DNA of 57,820 bases, filler included, from Sphacelaria rigidula (lineage: Eukaryota): assembly GCA_964200075.2 (NCBI GenBank). It is 6 parts of 6 records of this genome, joined end to end, with 100 filler letters (N's around TTAATTAATTAA, not from the genome) between each part and the next. Parts side by side here need not be neighbours in the genome. Positions count along the whole stretch, not along the records: positions 9,655 to 19,208 come from CAXNAA020008238.1; positions 19,309 to 28,862 come from CAXNAA020008239.1; 4 more parts are not named here. The stretch is one strand, 5' to 3'. A program made the position numbers and the translations under genes. The notes under the pieces were generated by a model. The model searched no databases and had not been told where the DNA came from. It saw only the letters and a program-made list of their open reading frames with translations. Below, piece after piece: positions 13,001 through 25,200 of this stretch. The first letter of the stretch is position 1. Each line of letters begins with the position of its first letter.

Positions 13001-16000
13001 CATCCAAGAGACCCCGGAAGTCCCGGTACAGTCGGTGCCGCGGTAGTCGGTGCCGGGGTCGGTGCGATCGGAACGTTGTATACATTGAAGGCGAAAATGC
13101 CACCACAGAACTCCGTGGAATCTCCACTGCAAGGTTCAGTGCACGAAGCTAAGCCGTTGACGGCGAAGTCCGTACCCGCAGCTCCGCACCAGCACTACAA
13201 TGTGCACCGAGTGTGGGGTAGTAAACAGGCGTGAAAATCGCGACGCAGCGAGTGGAGAACCACCACACCCGAAGAAAGTGGGTCGAGGAAGGCGAAAGGG
13301 TCTTGTTAGACTCGTGACTCAAGCGGTCACCCCCGAGAAGAACGTGAGTAAGCACATACTTGTCGCTATGGTACCATTGGTGCATCTGTATCTCAAGCAC
13401 GATGTGCTGGTGTACATTTGTCGAACTCCAGTTGCAGCGGACGTACACGCGCCGCAAGAGCGGAGGGGCAGTAGCAACACAACAACGTTGACATTCGTCC
13501 TCACCTCCCTCCCAAACTGTGTAGCGAAGAAGGTGAACGAGGCGCAGTGGGCGGCACACACCTGCGGGAACAGATGGACGATTCGGTTTAATGCAATCTG
13601 TCACAAAGTGTAGACGGAGTTTATGGCCGGCCTTTGACAGTCCGAGCCATGGTAGTACATTTGCGGTGATTGGGTGATGATCGGGTGTATTCTGACGAAA
13701 GTTGGGGCGGACAAGCGTCGCCGGTACTGAACGCTAGACCCACTACGAGCCGACATCGTTGTCCCGCGAGAGAAATAGCGCGAATCAATTCCGACGTCAA
13801 TCGCACGCTCTCACCAGAGGGGTCATGCTGGCGTCTGTCAGCATGTTGGTGAAGACACGCTCTTCCCTCTTGTCTTTGTAGCATCCTAGAGACTCTGGGT
13901 AAAGCGTCGGGCCTGGGGTTGGTGCCGGGGTCGGTGCGGGAACAGGTACGGTGAACAACTCGAAGGCGAAGATGTCACCGCAACCCGCCGAAGCATCTCC
14001 AGCGCAGGGCATATCACAGGTTGCTGTGCCGTGAACGCTGAAGTTGATACCACTAGCTCCGCACCAGCACTATTTAGCACAGGACGTGCCGGGCAGAAAC
14101 CGAGTAAAAATCGGACAAGGTATAGGGAAACAAGTGGGCCGTATGAACAGTTGCGTGAAATCGTCGTGACCAACTTGCAGGTAGAGACACCCCATCGTGC
14201 CGGGACATGTGGAAGTATTCGACCGCCGTCGATTGACGCCAAATTGACAACGGGATAACCATCGCGGAACACAGGCTTAAAGTCGTGATTGTGAGTGTCC
14301 TCACCTCCTTCCCGTACTGCACGCCGAAGTAGAAGAAGTCGGAGCAGTGGGCGGCGCAAAGCTGTGATAGAAGAGCATTGGCACGTTCGGGTTTAGGATT
14401 CACAGCCAGCGTCAGTCACCATGTGCACGTATCTTCAAGCTGCTGTTTCATATGACAGAGCTACAGAGAGAGAGCAACAACATGTGCTTCTACGATTGAG
14501 AGACAGGCCAGGGCGTCAAGGGAACTCGTCCAAGTGATGAACCACGAGCTAGACAACAGAGTCACCACCGCACCATCCTCTTTTGTGGCAAAATGAGAAA
14601 CGGAGAGGCTAAAGAAGAATTTGGTTCTTGTACGAGAGATAAACAAGCCTGTCACGGGCCTCATTCAAGCGGCGCAACTCGAGCTTCAACACCGGTTCGC
14701 CAAAGCACGAACCCGTGCTTCTGAAACCATTTAGCGTCGATCAATCCCACGACATGCCACCCATGGTTACCTCATAGGTCATGTCGGTGCTTGTCAACAT
14801 GTTGGTCAGAACGCGGTCATTCCTCGTGTCCCTGAAGCACCCGAGGCTGAAGAATCGAGTCGGTGCCGGGGTCGGTGCCGGGGTCGGTGCCGGGGTCGGC
14901 GTTGGCGGGGTGTCGTACAACTGGAAGGCAAAGAACCCGCCGCATTTGACAGAAGCATCTCCCGCGCAGTCGATGTTACATGCCGTGGATGTGCCGTGCC
15001 TGTCGAGGTCGGCACCTGCCTCTCCGCACCAGCACTGCGTTGTAAACGGGATGTGGGGGGTAACAACAGAATATGAGTCGAAAGATGAATTTTTGAGGAA
15101 ATCAGGAAAAGAGAAGATGGCGGGGATCGTATATTATGTGTATCGTATTTTGATATAATATATGTTCGCGCGAAAATTCCGCAATTTTGAGGGGGAAGTG
15201 GGGTCTACGACCGTGAAAGAGGTCACATTTTGTATAGTTCATGTAAAACGACGTTGTTCATTCACCCAAGACAAGTCAAACCGCCTCAAATAGTTTTTAA
15301 ACGGCATGGCTCACAGAGCGCGTCAGAACGGTGGCAATATGACCGTATGGCGATTCTGGATCGCTTACCTCGGTTCCGTACTGAGTGCCAAAGAAGGGGT
15401 AGCTAGCGCAGTGAGCGGCGCACACCAGAGGGGTCATGGTGCTACTGGTCATCATGTTAGTCATCACGCGGTCATCCCTTAAGTCCCTGAAGCATCCAGT
15501 GGGGACCGGGTAGAGCGTCGGGGCCGGGGTAGGCGCAGGGGTCGGTGCTGCGGTCGGTACGTTGTACAGGTTGAAGGCAAAGAACCCACCACAGGTTTCT
15601 GTATCATCTCCGGCGCAGGTCATGTCGCATGTACCCATGCCGTTGATGGCGTAGTCGACATCGCTTGCTCCGCACCAGCACTGTGTGGCGAAAGGCGTGC
15701 GTACAGTAAAATAATGCGAAAACAGCGAGATGGATGAACAAATTTGGAATGTCGTGCAGGTAAAAAGCGCAGAACATCTTCGCGGGGCAGTGACGTGAGG
15801 GTCCTCGATATTGAGTAAGGCATTGTGAATTAGGAGTGCCGGTCGGACCGCATCACGCAAACAAATGAAAATGACGCCGGAGGGAGAGCTTAGTGAAGAC
15901 GTACATGCTGAATTATGAGTTTTTCCGGCGCCGACATCAGAGTGAGCGCATCGATCGCACAGAGAAACATGGTTATGTGTACATGCTACACCCACGTCCG

Positions 16001-18703
16001 AGTTGCAGGATACAACGGCTTCACTGAAGAACCGGCACCGCAAACCTGCTCGACACGAATGTTGATTCACTCACCTCAGTCCCCCACTGGGTTCCGAAGA
16101 AGGCGAAGCTGGAGCAGTGGCTAGCGCACGCCTGTTACAAAAAGCGCAGGAACGGTATCCCGGGGGTCAATCTTTTTCCGCTTTCAGCAACCAGTTTGAA
16201 AGACTACTGTGGAGGAGCCGATGCCTACAGCATGTCGTTGTGTACACCGAGGTGTGATCAAAACATTTCGCGGCAGGCGTCGTGAAGGAGGACAATCTCT
16301 ATTTTCATGCGATCAAATTTTCTTCGGTCTGCAAACTCTCGAGCGGACGGACCTCCCTCGCTCGAGATGGTGTCAGCTTGGAAACATTTCTGCAGCCTTG
16401 TATCATAACGAATCGCCACCATCGCTTACCGCGGTGGTCATGGTTTCGCTGGAGATCATGTTGGTCAGCACGCGGCTCCTCGTGTCCGCAAAGCATCCAA
16501 TTTCGGCGAATGTTTCCATAAATTGCACCTGCATTCGTAGAATGGAAACAGTTTGGACACGGATTAAGTGTAAGTGTAAGGGGGATAAGAGGCTCAGGTT
16601 TGCACTACCCTCCAACGGTCGACGCCACCGCTCCTCACGTCATCAAGAGTTTTGGAGATTTGAACACCTACCGCATTATATATACACACATATATATATA
16701 TATATATATATATCCCCTTGCTTCCGAAGGAAACTTTCTTTTGGTCGCACATTGATTCCATCCCCCTTCCTCGGGGCGAGTCCGTGATCTCGAGGAATCA
16801 ACACACCTCTCCTCGGTAAAATTTGAGCCGGATTATACCAGTGTAAAGTTTGCGACCTTGCGTCACATTCCGCTAACGACACCGTACGAGACGCAACGCT
16901 GCTACGTCTTGCAGTTGCGGTAACCGGCTGTTTTGGTAGCCCCACAAAACGTTATCCATCACTCATCGCACAGTCACGTCAAGCTCAGGTATCATCCTTG
17001 CTTGCTCACCTGGCTGCCGGCCGCTTTTGCGCTCAGGGACCCGGCTGATCGAGTAATGTACGATGGATGGCACACACGGAGCAGCGGCAAGAGCGACAGG
17101 GGCTTGCCGTCAGACCAAGCTATTGTGGGCACAATGTGTTGCGATTGATGAGTACAACTTGGCGTGTTGTCACCACACGAAAAGTCCGCCAAGCGACGTT
17201 CGGTGCACTCTCAGACATTACGCGCGGGAGGGAGTTTGGGAGGGTTTCAAGTACAAGCCGTGTAATACACGCGTGCGGCATTCAAAGGATGTGGTTTCGA
17301 AACGTCCATTACGGTAAGGCGCTTCTACCCTTCAAGACGTGGGCTTCACCCATTGCATAATAGACACACGGTGGGGCTCTCACCCGTGAAAGCGAACAAG
17401 TCATGTATCCACTTTCGATTTGATGGCACGTCCAGCCAGCCTTGGGATTGTGAAATTACAACAATGGCCCTAATGAAACCCTCGTCGGTTATACTCTAAT
17501 GCCGACCACCAAATACCGGTCACCACGAATTGGCCAAAAGGTTGACTGTATTGTTCGATTTAGAATCGAAAAGGGCATGTATAGCCCGTGAACTTCACTT
17601 AATAACTTCTTGGTCGGTTTCTTGGCTCGATCGGTCTCTGGTATTGCCGATCAAAAACACAGGAACCTAGGCTGTCAACCTGGCCTTGGGAAGGATCTCG
17701 ACTATAGCCAATCTTAAGAGCACCGCTCGTTACATGCGCCTCGTTAGCTTCACTCCGAAAATGTGCCGCAGGGGTCACCTTAAAGTATACTGTTGTAGCC
17801 AAGATGCAGTATACGCGGCGAAACCGATAGCATACCCCCGAGATGCACGCGATACCGTCCTCCCTCAAAGTCATGCTACGATAGGGGGGGGGGGGGGGGG
17901 CTATTTTGGGCCGTTTTCTTTCACGAAATTCCACTTCAATGGCCGTTGAAAGCAGTCGACAGTTTTTCGAACGCGCTTGGTCCCGATAAATAACGCCCAT
18001 CCACTGCTTACCATCGACACTGCTTTAAACCCCTTGTACCCAAATACAAGCGCACCGCGAGTGTTTGAGGCCGCTTGACACATCTATGAGCACATTTTTT
18101 CGTGGAATCGAACACCCCCCCATCATTGTAGGATGGCTCCTCACACAAGACGCTACTTAGCAGCCCTGTAATGCGTGGGAGAAGCGAGTGCTTTTCGGAC
18201 CGCATAGGAGTTTAAACACCCCTATGGTCAGGTATAGCGCTAGGGTTGGTGCTAGGGTTAGGGTCAGGGGCGCGGCCCCTGCAGGGACTGGCCCGGGCGG
18301 TCTTGAAAAACGTCGATTTTGGGGTGTTCAAATTCTGATGCGGTCCAAAACGCACGCGGTCCTAACACGCATTTCAAACTCCCAACATCCAGAGGTAGCC
18401 TCAGCTTGGCGTGCTAGAGGTTACAGTCACCTAGCAACCGCGTGTAGTATACACCCATCTACACGCACAGTACGCCGATGGTTGGCCGAGTGAGGTTGGC
18501 CAAGCAAAACGCATTGTGGTAATTGTACAAGTGGACGCTATGCTGTTGTGCTCCGAGACAGGTAGGATACAAGTACGTTGCATGTGTTTGGCACAGTGTT
18601 GCATTTCCCGGTGTATGGCTGAAATCTACGCTCACTCACCAGACGACGCGCCGAACGCCCCCGCGGCGACCAAAGCACCGAGAGAAACTCGAGAGAGCAC
18701 CAT
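10047..18703 (-). CDS. Secreted multi-WSC-domain protein (5 WSC domains, Pro/Thr linkers, C2-like C-terminal module), 15 exons, 767 aa
   Basis: Exons: 18703-18640, 17044-17010, 16528-16430, 16131-16075, 15680-15369, 15034-14771, 14361-14305, 14069-13815, 13561-13505, 13194-12934, 12635-12567, 12379-11897, 11445-11425, 11205-10995, 10105-10047. All introns are GT-AG and the exons total 2304 nt in frame. The N-terminus MVLSRVSLGALVAAGAFGASSA is signal-peptide-like. Five copies of GC(F/Y)xD..MT..CxxxC..Q(Y/W/F)GxECWC..C...C.GD....CG(G/D) match the WSC pattern. The two micro-exons and the last exon are the least certain parts. Confidence 0.9.
10240..10496. mobile_element. 257-bp MITE with GAG..CTC termini (Sola-like), in the last intron of the WSC gene
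   Basis: 25-bp imperfect TIRs gagcaatactacggtaggggtgcac / gtgtacccctaccgtagcatcactc, flanked by gctg/actg. A same-length homologue lies at 47573-47829. Confidence 0.85.
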
Positions 18704-19308
18704 GATGCTGCTGTGTTTTAGACGGAAGAAGTCTTGCTTAATCCGTTGAGGGCTGAGGAGGATAAATGACAAGTGAGACGATGTGGGTGGGATACGCTGG
18801 GAGCAGGGACAGCTTGGTTGGCGTGGAGAGATGAAAAGGTAGCCGTTTTGATCGTGGTCTGCTGCTGCCAATCGGGACGCAGCTGCAGCGGAACATCCGG
18901 GGTGCGCACCGCAGCAACTCCTCTCTGAGTTCCGCCAAATGCACTTTTATTGGGCATTATACTTGAACTCATGAGAAAATACGTTCATCCATCAGGTGTG
19001 GAATATAGCGGAAGGCCCAAGATAACCCGGTCTGCATGTCTCGTTCTTCGTCAGAAATCGTAAAAAGATGGATATCATAGTCGCTCTCCTGCCATAAGTG
19101 ATCAAGAAGGCATAATTGCCGTCGCACGGCTGCGTCACTAGTGCGTAGGGCGCACATTCTACGCAGTTTCCATTACTGGATGCCCACCGCTTTGGCAGAC
19201 TACCATTTNNNNNNNNNNNNNNNNNNNNNNNNNNNNNNNNNNNNNNNNNNNNTTAATTAATTAANNNNNNNNNNNNNNNNNNNNNNNNNNNNNNNNNNNN
19301 NNNNNNNN

Positions 19309-21760
19309 GTGGGGACATCACTGTTTTAGGCTTGAACCTCATCTCGGAGTTAAACCTCAATTCGCACAATTTGTTTTTATTTGAAGACGCCGAGTGTTGA
19401 ACGGCTGTCTGAAACGCGGTCGCAAGCGCTTGTGAGAGGGCAGTTGTCGCCGAACGATCAGAAATGACAGCCGGTGATGAATGAAGCAAGTGCTGAAGAG
19501 CCGTGACTAAAGTCAAGTGCTCTGTCCAAGCCTAGAGTGGTCAAGACACGAGGAGGATGTTCGGCGCGAGGGCTGGTAGACATAAGTGGCCTAACGATGC
19601 ATGTCGTGTCGTCGCGGACGTTGTAAGGCATCGGAAACGTTGTGCGGCGTGCCAAAACGTCGGAAGGCATGGGCGGGTGTCGTTCGTGAACACCGCGAGC
19701 GTGGAGTGATTCAATAACCGCGGTGGGAGCCTGGAGCGGTTTGCGATTCACAACAGTGGCAACGCGTGGCGACTCGTCAGAGATGTTGGAATTCCTCGAC
19801 GGTGTGCGTTTTACAAGAGAGCGAGCGCGTGGCGACTCGTCGATCATGTTGGACGTCTTGGACGGTGTGCGTTTCACAACAGAGCGAGCGCGTAGCGACT
19901 CGTCGATCATGTTGGAAGTCTTGGACAGTGGGCGGTTCGCGAAAGAGCGAGCGCGTAGCGACTCGTCGATCATGTCGGAAGTCTTGGACGGTGTGCGTTT
20001 CGCAACAGAGCGAGCGCGTAGCGACTCGTCGATCATGTCGGAAGTCTTGGACAGATGGCAGTCGTGGTCGCCAGTGTAAGCCAAGTCCCGAGACGTGTAG
20101 TCGCCAGAGTGGAGTGCCGAAGCTCTGACGGATTTTACATCCTCGTGTGCAGGAGGAGTAAGAGGGAATGGTTTTGGAGGAAGGAATGAAAAAAAACGCT
20201 GACGGCGTACAGATTTGTGAGAAGGAAGGGCCGAGTGGAGGAAGTTTTCTTCGGTTGCGTCATATTAAATTGAAGAGGTAGAAATGGGCGCGAGACACCA
20301 GAGTACAATAGCCTGGTGCAATAATAACAGGCAGTGTAACCTCGGCAGGAAGTTGCAAGTATCGAAAAATTGAGCAGTAAAGACTATACAATTTTCAAAT
20401 GTGGGTACACCGAAGTACAGTAAGCTGCTGTGATATAATAAGAATCAGCGTATTGTCGGCACTTTTCAAGTACCGAGAAGGTGGACAGCAGAGCAAGAAG
20501 ATGAAGAACTGAAGCTAAACGCCGAAAAGGGAAGAACTGCGGCAGGAATACGATACCTGTAGAGGAGACCGTAGGAAGGCGCACTGAGGGTGTACCAGGT
20601 ATTAATAGTCGCAAAGGAGCAAACTCGCAGACAAAACCAATGGTTGTCGCAAGAAAGGGGGGCGGTGCGAGAGCAAAACCTAACGATGAGGCGACTGTGA
20701 AAGGAGGCAGACACCCGGACAGATGTCCGACGGGCGCACTGTGCACGTCAAATACAACAGGGGTACTTCAGCGGCCAGGCACACACTGAACAGGGGTACT
20801 TCAGTGGTGCAAGTAGGACACCGCACATAGGAGGTGTAGAAAAACACAACTCGAGATCGCGAAGGTAGACACCAAGACTAGTGTAGATCACGTCGCCAAA
20901 GGGAAGGCGATGTGTAAAGAGTTGTGAACTTTAGCCAAGAAAAATAATCAAAAAGGCAGCAGCGAGGATGCTAAACACTGAATTAAAGTGCAGGGCGCCA
21001 TGAGAAAACAGTCGTAGAAGTCGATTGAAACACTAATGTTGCACGGTTAGGACAAATCAAGATTCATACGAGTTGACTCCCGATGAACGTTCGCGGACAA
21101 GTCGTGGACGGTTGGGTCATCTGTAAAGTCACGGGGGTATCAAGTTGTATACTCAAGATCATGCACGAGTAACGAGCTGGACATCTTTCCTCGACTGCGT
21201 TGTGTAATGCGACCGAGAGTCGGAAAGCATGTACGGGTCATGGTTCATGTAGGCGTGATGACTGATTGAAAACACGTACTCCTCCTACACCCCGCATGAA
21301 GCAGAGGGTGAGTTGTATCTATCATTCAGTGGCGTTTATCAAAGGGTGAGTCATGTTTATCCCTACCTTTATCTCACACGCGCCGATGAATCGAATCTGT
21401 CATCTCGCACGAATCAAAGGGTTTTTACTGTGTACCCAGGAGTCATCCGGCACACACTCTGAGGGGAAATAGTCATCGTGATGTAGTAACATACTCACGA
21501 TGGAAAGCACGCATAGTCATGCGCCCACGACTCCCGCGGTGCGGATAGTCCATCTGGATTACTCATAGATGAGTAATGAAATATGGATGGGAAGCGAGAA
21601 CAAGTCGCCGCCCACGGCGGAACCGGGCGATTCGTTTCATGTGAAGAGCCGAGACGTCACTACGCCCATGGCGCATGTTCCAAAAACAAACTCGAGCCGC
21701 ACAACCGGGAGGACGGTACTAGTTCTCTCGTCCCCCCCCCCCCCATCCCTTCCCCCGCGA
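19309..21760 (-). mobile_element. Probable 5' part of an LTR retrotransposon (LTR-like region, PBS-like motif, long leader, gag-like ORF running off the contig)
   Basis: PBS-like TGGCGACGTGA at 20898-20888 (minus strand). The intronless ORF 20084-19458 overlaps a second frame 19516-19309 that is open to the contig end. The direct repeat acaggggtacttcag occurs twice in the leader. No pol motifs are present in the window, so the class is inferred. Confidence 0.4.
19640..20055. repeat. 63-bp tandem repeat, about 6-7 copies, encoding a 21-aa unit (SKTSDMIDESLRARSVAKRTP) on the minus strand
   Basis: The anchor gactcgtc occurs at 19771, 19834, 19897, 19960 and 20023, an exact 63-nt period. Degenerate copies lie near 19708 and 19645. 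Confidence 0.93.
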
Positions 21761-22201
21761 ATCTTTGAATGTTTCAAGATATCATCCACGCCGAGGTATC
21801 CCAGGGTACCCTAGGAGTTATAATATTTCCCTCAAACTCTTGAGCTGTGGATCATAATTTCAACCACCGTGAGATGTACCCTCGGTACATCTGGTTCTTC
21901 ATCGAGGCGAACCCGATTATCGTGGCCATGCGACGTGATGCGATCTCCATTCAAGTGAAAACGACCTCCCACCATTCACAGTAAACGAAAAAGCAGTACA
22001 CTGACGTATATTTATATATGCACTTACCGGTGAATATCGATGGAATATCCGAAAAATCGAGTCACTGAACTGTCGACGAATCGCCCATCGTAATCCAGAG
22101 TTCACGCAAGTAATCACCATCCACCTCACCTTCCATCTCACCGTAGTCCATTCATCAACAGCTTCACACTTTCGCCATATAAAAAAGGAACTCTTCCCTC
22201 T

Positions 22202-25200
22202 TCATGGTAATGGTAATGTGATATTAATAGTGCAGAAACCTGCAGATTTGGGTGCGGGATTTGGGAAAAGGCTTTCCCCGCTGCCTCTTGCCTCAACATA
22301 CGCACGACTATGATAAACTATCATGGCGTGGCAGCTGCAAACGCCTGCTAATCGAACACCACTCCCGAGCCGTCGACGGAATTGTACTCCAACAGCAGCA
22401 ACCCAAGAACGAGGGATATTGAGACCGCTCCAACTGCGTTCAATCTCGCTCACGAACAGCAAACAAATGAACATCCCGCTCATCCCGGTGGTTGTCAGAC
22501 TATCTATCCATCCGACAGCCCCGTGACCGTCTCCTTCCTCATATCCCCTCTGCTCGGCGATGAAGTCGTCTACATCGCTTTCATCATCCCCCTCTTCGGG
22601 CCCCTCTGAGAGCTTGCTGGCGCTCTCCGAGGCGTTGCTCAGCCGCTCAGGCACGGCGGCCAACGCTTGAGCGTCCGACGGCATCGGCACCTCTTTGGGG
22701 GTGTGGTCGTAGCTGCCGTTGAGAAACAGCAACATTTCGTTTTGTGCGGCATCCAAGCGGTTGCGGCACCCGGTGATCAGGCGACCGGTGGTGCTGAAGT
22801 CGCGCTCCAAGACGGCCGCGGATGCCGGGATCGACAGCAGCGCTCGGGTTGCGCGCGCCATAAGCGGGTAGAGACGTGAGCCCTCCGAGGACCAGTAGCG
22901 GAGCATATCATCGACGGGCTTCGTCTCCAGGGTTCCCTCTCGTCCAGCAAGCACGAAGCGGTCAAATTCCTCCGCGCACAGCTGTCGTTGTGTCTTCGGT
23001 GCCGATCCCAGTGCTCTGCCCCTGACGATGTTCCCGAACATGCCGCTTTCAAATAAGCGCACGGCCCCCTTCGACACTGCCTTCGACGGGGTGGTTGAGG
23101 GGCCCTGGCCCCCGCTGGGGCGCTCTTTCTTCTTGGGCCAAGCATCGTTCGCGTTGGCACTACTGGACCTGGGGCTCTTCACGGTAGTGGGCTCGCTTGA
23201 TTCGCACTCTTCTGCCATCTTCGTCGTAAGGTCAATGATCTTATTCCTAACAACCGCCTGTACGCAGACAACCATCTCGTTGCTCTTATAGATGGAAGGA
23301 AGGAAGTTTAGGTCGGCGAGGAATGGATTCATGCAGATTGCCATCTCGAAGAGGAAGTCGGGTTTGGCGCCCGGGGCGTCCAAGTCGTAACGCTTGAAGA
23401 AGCGCTTGTCGACCGCCGTGGCCAGCAACTTCTTGGTCTTCTTCGTCACATTCTGAAGAGCCGTGTGCTCGCGCATGACGGGTTGCGCCATCCCGGTGCA
23501 AACCTCGACGGCGGCAGTCACGTGTCGCTTGGGAGTCTGAATGTGAAGGGGGCTGACTTCCTTCGACAGAGACACCCTGATGGCCACGAGGTCGAGGAGC
23601 GTCTGGACCCCTGTCGGCACGTTAGTGTTCTGAGTTTCCTTTATCAGAATCGCAATGGGCTTCACCAAGGAATATAGCTCTTCGATGCTCGCCTTTGAGG
23701 CAGACAGGGGGAAGGCCACTGACTCATTCTCCGAGTAGTGGACCTCCAGTGCCGACCAGTTCGAGAGCACTGTTTGCAGCACGTCGCACGTTGATATCCA
23801 CCGCTGAGGCACCGCATTGACCAGCTTGTTGCTCTTGCCGTAGAGCATTGCCCGAACATCTTCGAATTTGACCTGTTTGTTTTTGAGGTGAGGTGAGGGG
23901 TGGCAGCGAGGTGGGGGGGAAGGGGGCAGGCACTTGGGCGTCTATCATGTTCCGCATTTCTTACCGGAATAAAGGATTCCTGTTTATCCTGACCAACCAA
24001 GCGCCAACAGCGGACTGTGTCGGCAACAAGATGAGGAGTATCGCGAATGATGAAACGCAATCGTCCATGTGTACACCATGGGCATGTACTTCCTCTGTGT
24101 CCTAAGTCTGTGCAGTTATGTTCATAGGAGCCCTCAACGAAGTCCGATTTGAATTTCGATTCTTTGGCTGCATTCGTGGCGTTTTTTGAGCTAAAAGCAA
24201 TACTCTTTGTGGCAGATTAGTGCTTGAGCCGAGCAGACTCGCGATCGAGAAAAAGTGAGCCGGTCAAAATTTGGGCATTTTTCGCTTTTTTCCCCAGTGA
24301 AGCACAGCAGACCCGGAAATCGCAAAAAATCGTAAAAAAATGTGAAAACCGCAAAACCACCACTGATTTGGATATCTCCGTAACGTTAACATACGCACGC
24401 CCCACCTGGCAATTCTTCAGCATGTGATCGCTAGTGCTCGACGTAAAAACGTCCAAAATCGATCGACATTGGGGTATAAGTGGACCAAACAGGGCGAAAA
24501 TGGGGTATATTTTGACCTGTAATTAGTACTGAAGGCAAGTTGTTTTTTTCTCTCTTTCTTTTCGAGTCAGCTTCGTCTTCGCGTTATCTCTCCAGCGAAT
24601 CCAACTATGGGATGATCGTCAGCGTTGAAATACCCAAACAATCAAACGTCTATAACTGCACAGACTTGTGGCACAGAGAAAGCTTGCCGCCAGCAATTCG
24701 TTTTGTCGAGATATCAATACCGACGAAACAAGAACATGTTTCCACTCTTGCCAAATTCAAACACGAGTGGCCACTGGGGTCTGTAACCTATTTTGGGACC
24801 TTATCCACCTTTGGTAAGGTCCGCGGATTGGGTAGACAACTGAAGAGCGTTCGCACAGCATGGACAGGATCGTAACAAAACATGTCCCAATCTATAGGCA
24901 GGTGACTCCCCTGTAGACTGGAACATGCTTTGTTTCGAACCTGTCCATGCTGTGCGAATGCTCTTCAGTTGTCCACCTAATCCGCGGACCTTACCAAATT
25001 TTGATAAGGTCCCAAAATGGCCAGGTTACAGACCCCAGTGGCCACCCGTGAACCTTTTGAAGCAATCACCGCCGAGAATGACATTAGGAGCTTAACAATT
25101 TCATGGCGAACATAATGGCATCTGCAAAAAATGCCAGCAAAACGCCGGCTGCCAAAGACCAGATCATATACAAATGAAGCTCCCACTCTTGAGGAAATCC

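Noticed and set aside
11939-13234. Plus-strand ORFs overlapping WSC exons
   Set aside because: Antisense shadows of GC-rich Pro/Thr/Ala codons.
18238-18270. Telomere-like tagggtt repeats (also ~40100-40135)
   Set aside because: Only a few degenerate units, located inside introns; not a chromosome end.
19740-20055. CRISPR-like regular repeats
   Set aside because: Units are contiguous 63-bp tandem copies with no unique spacers, they are in-frame coding, and no cas genes are present in this eukaryotic context.
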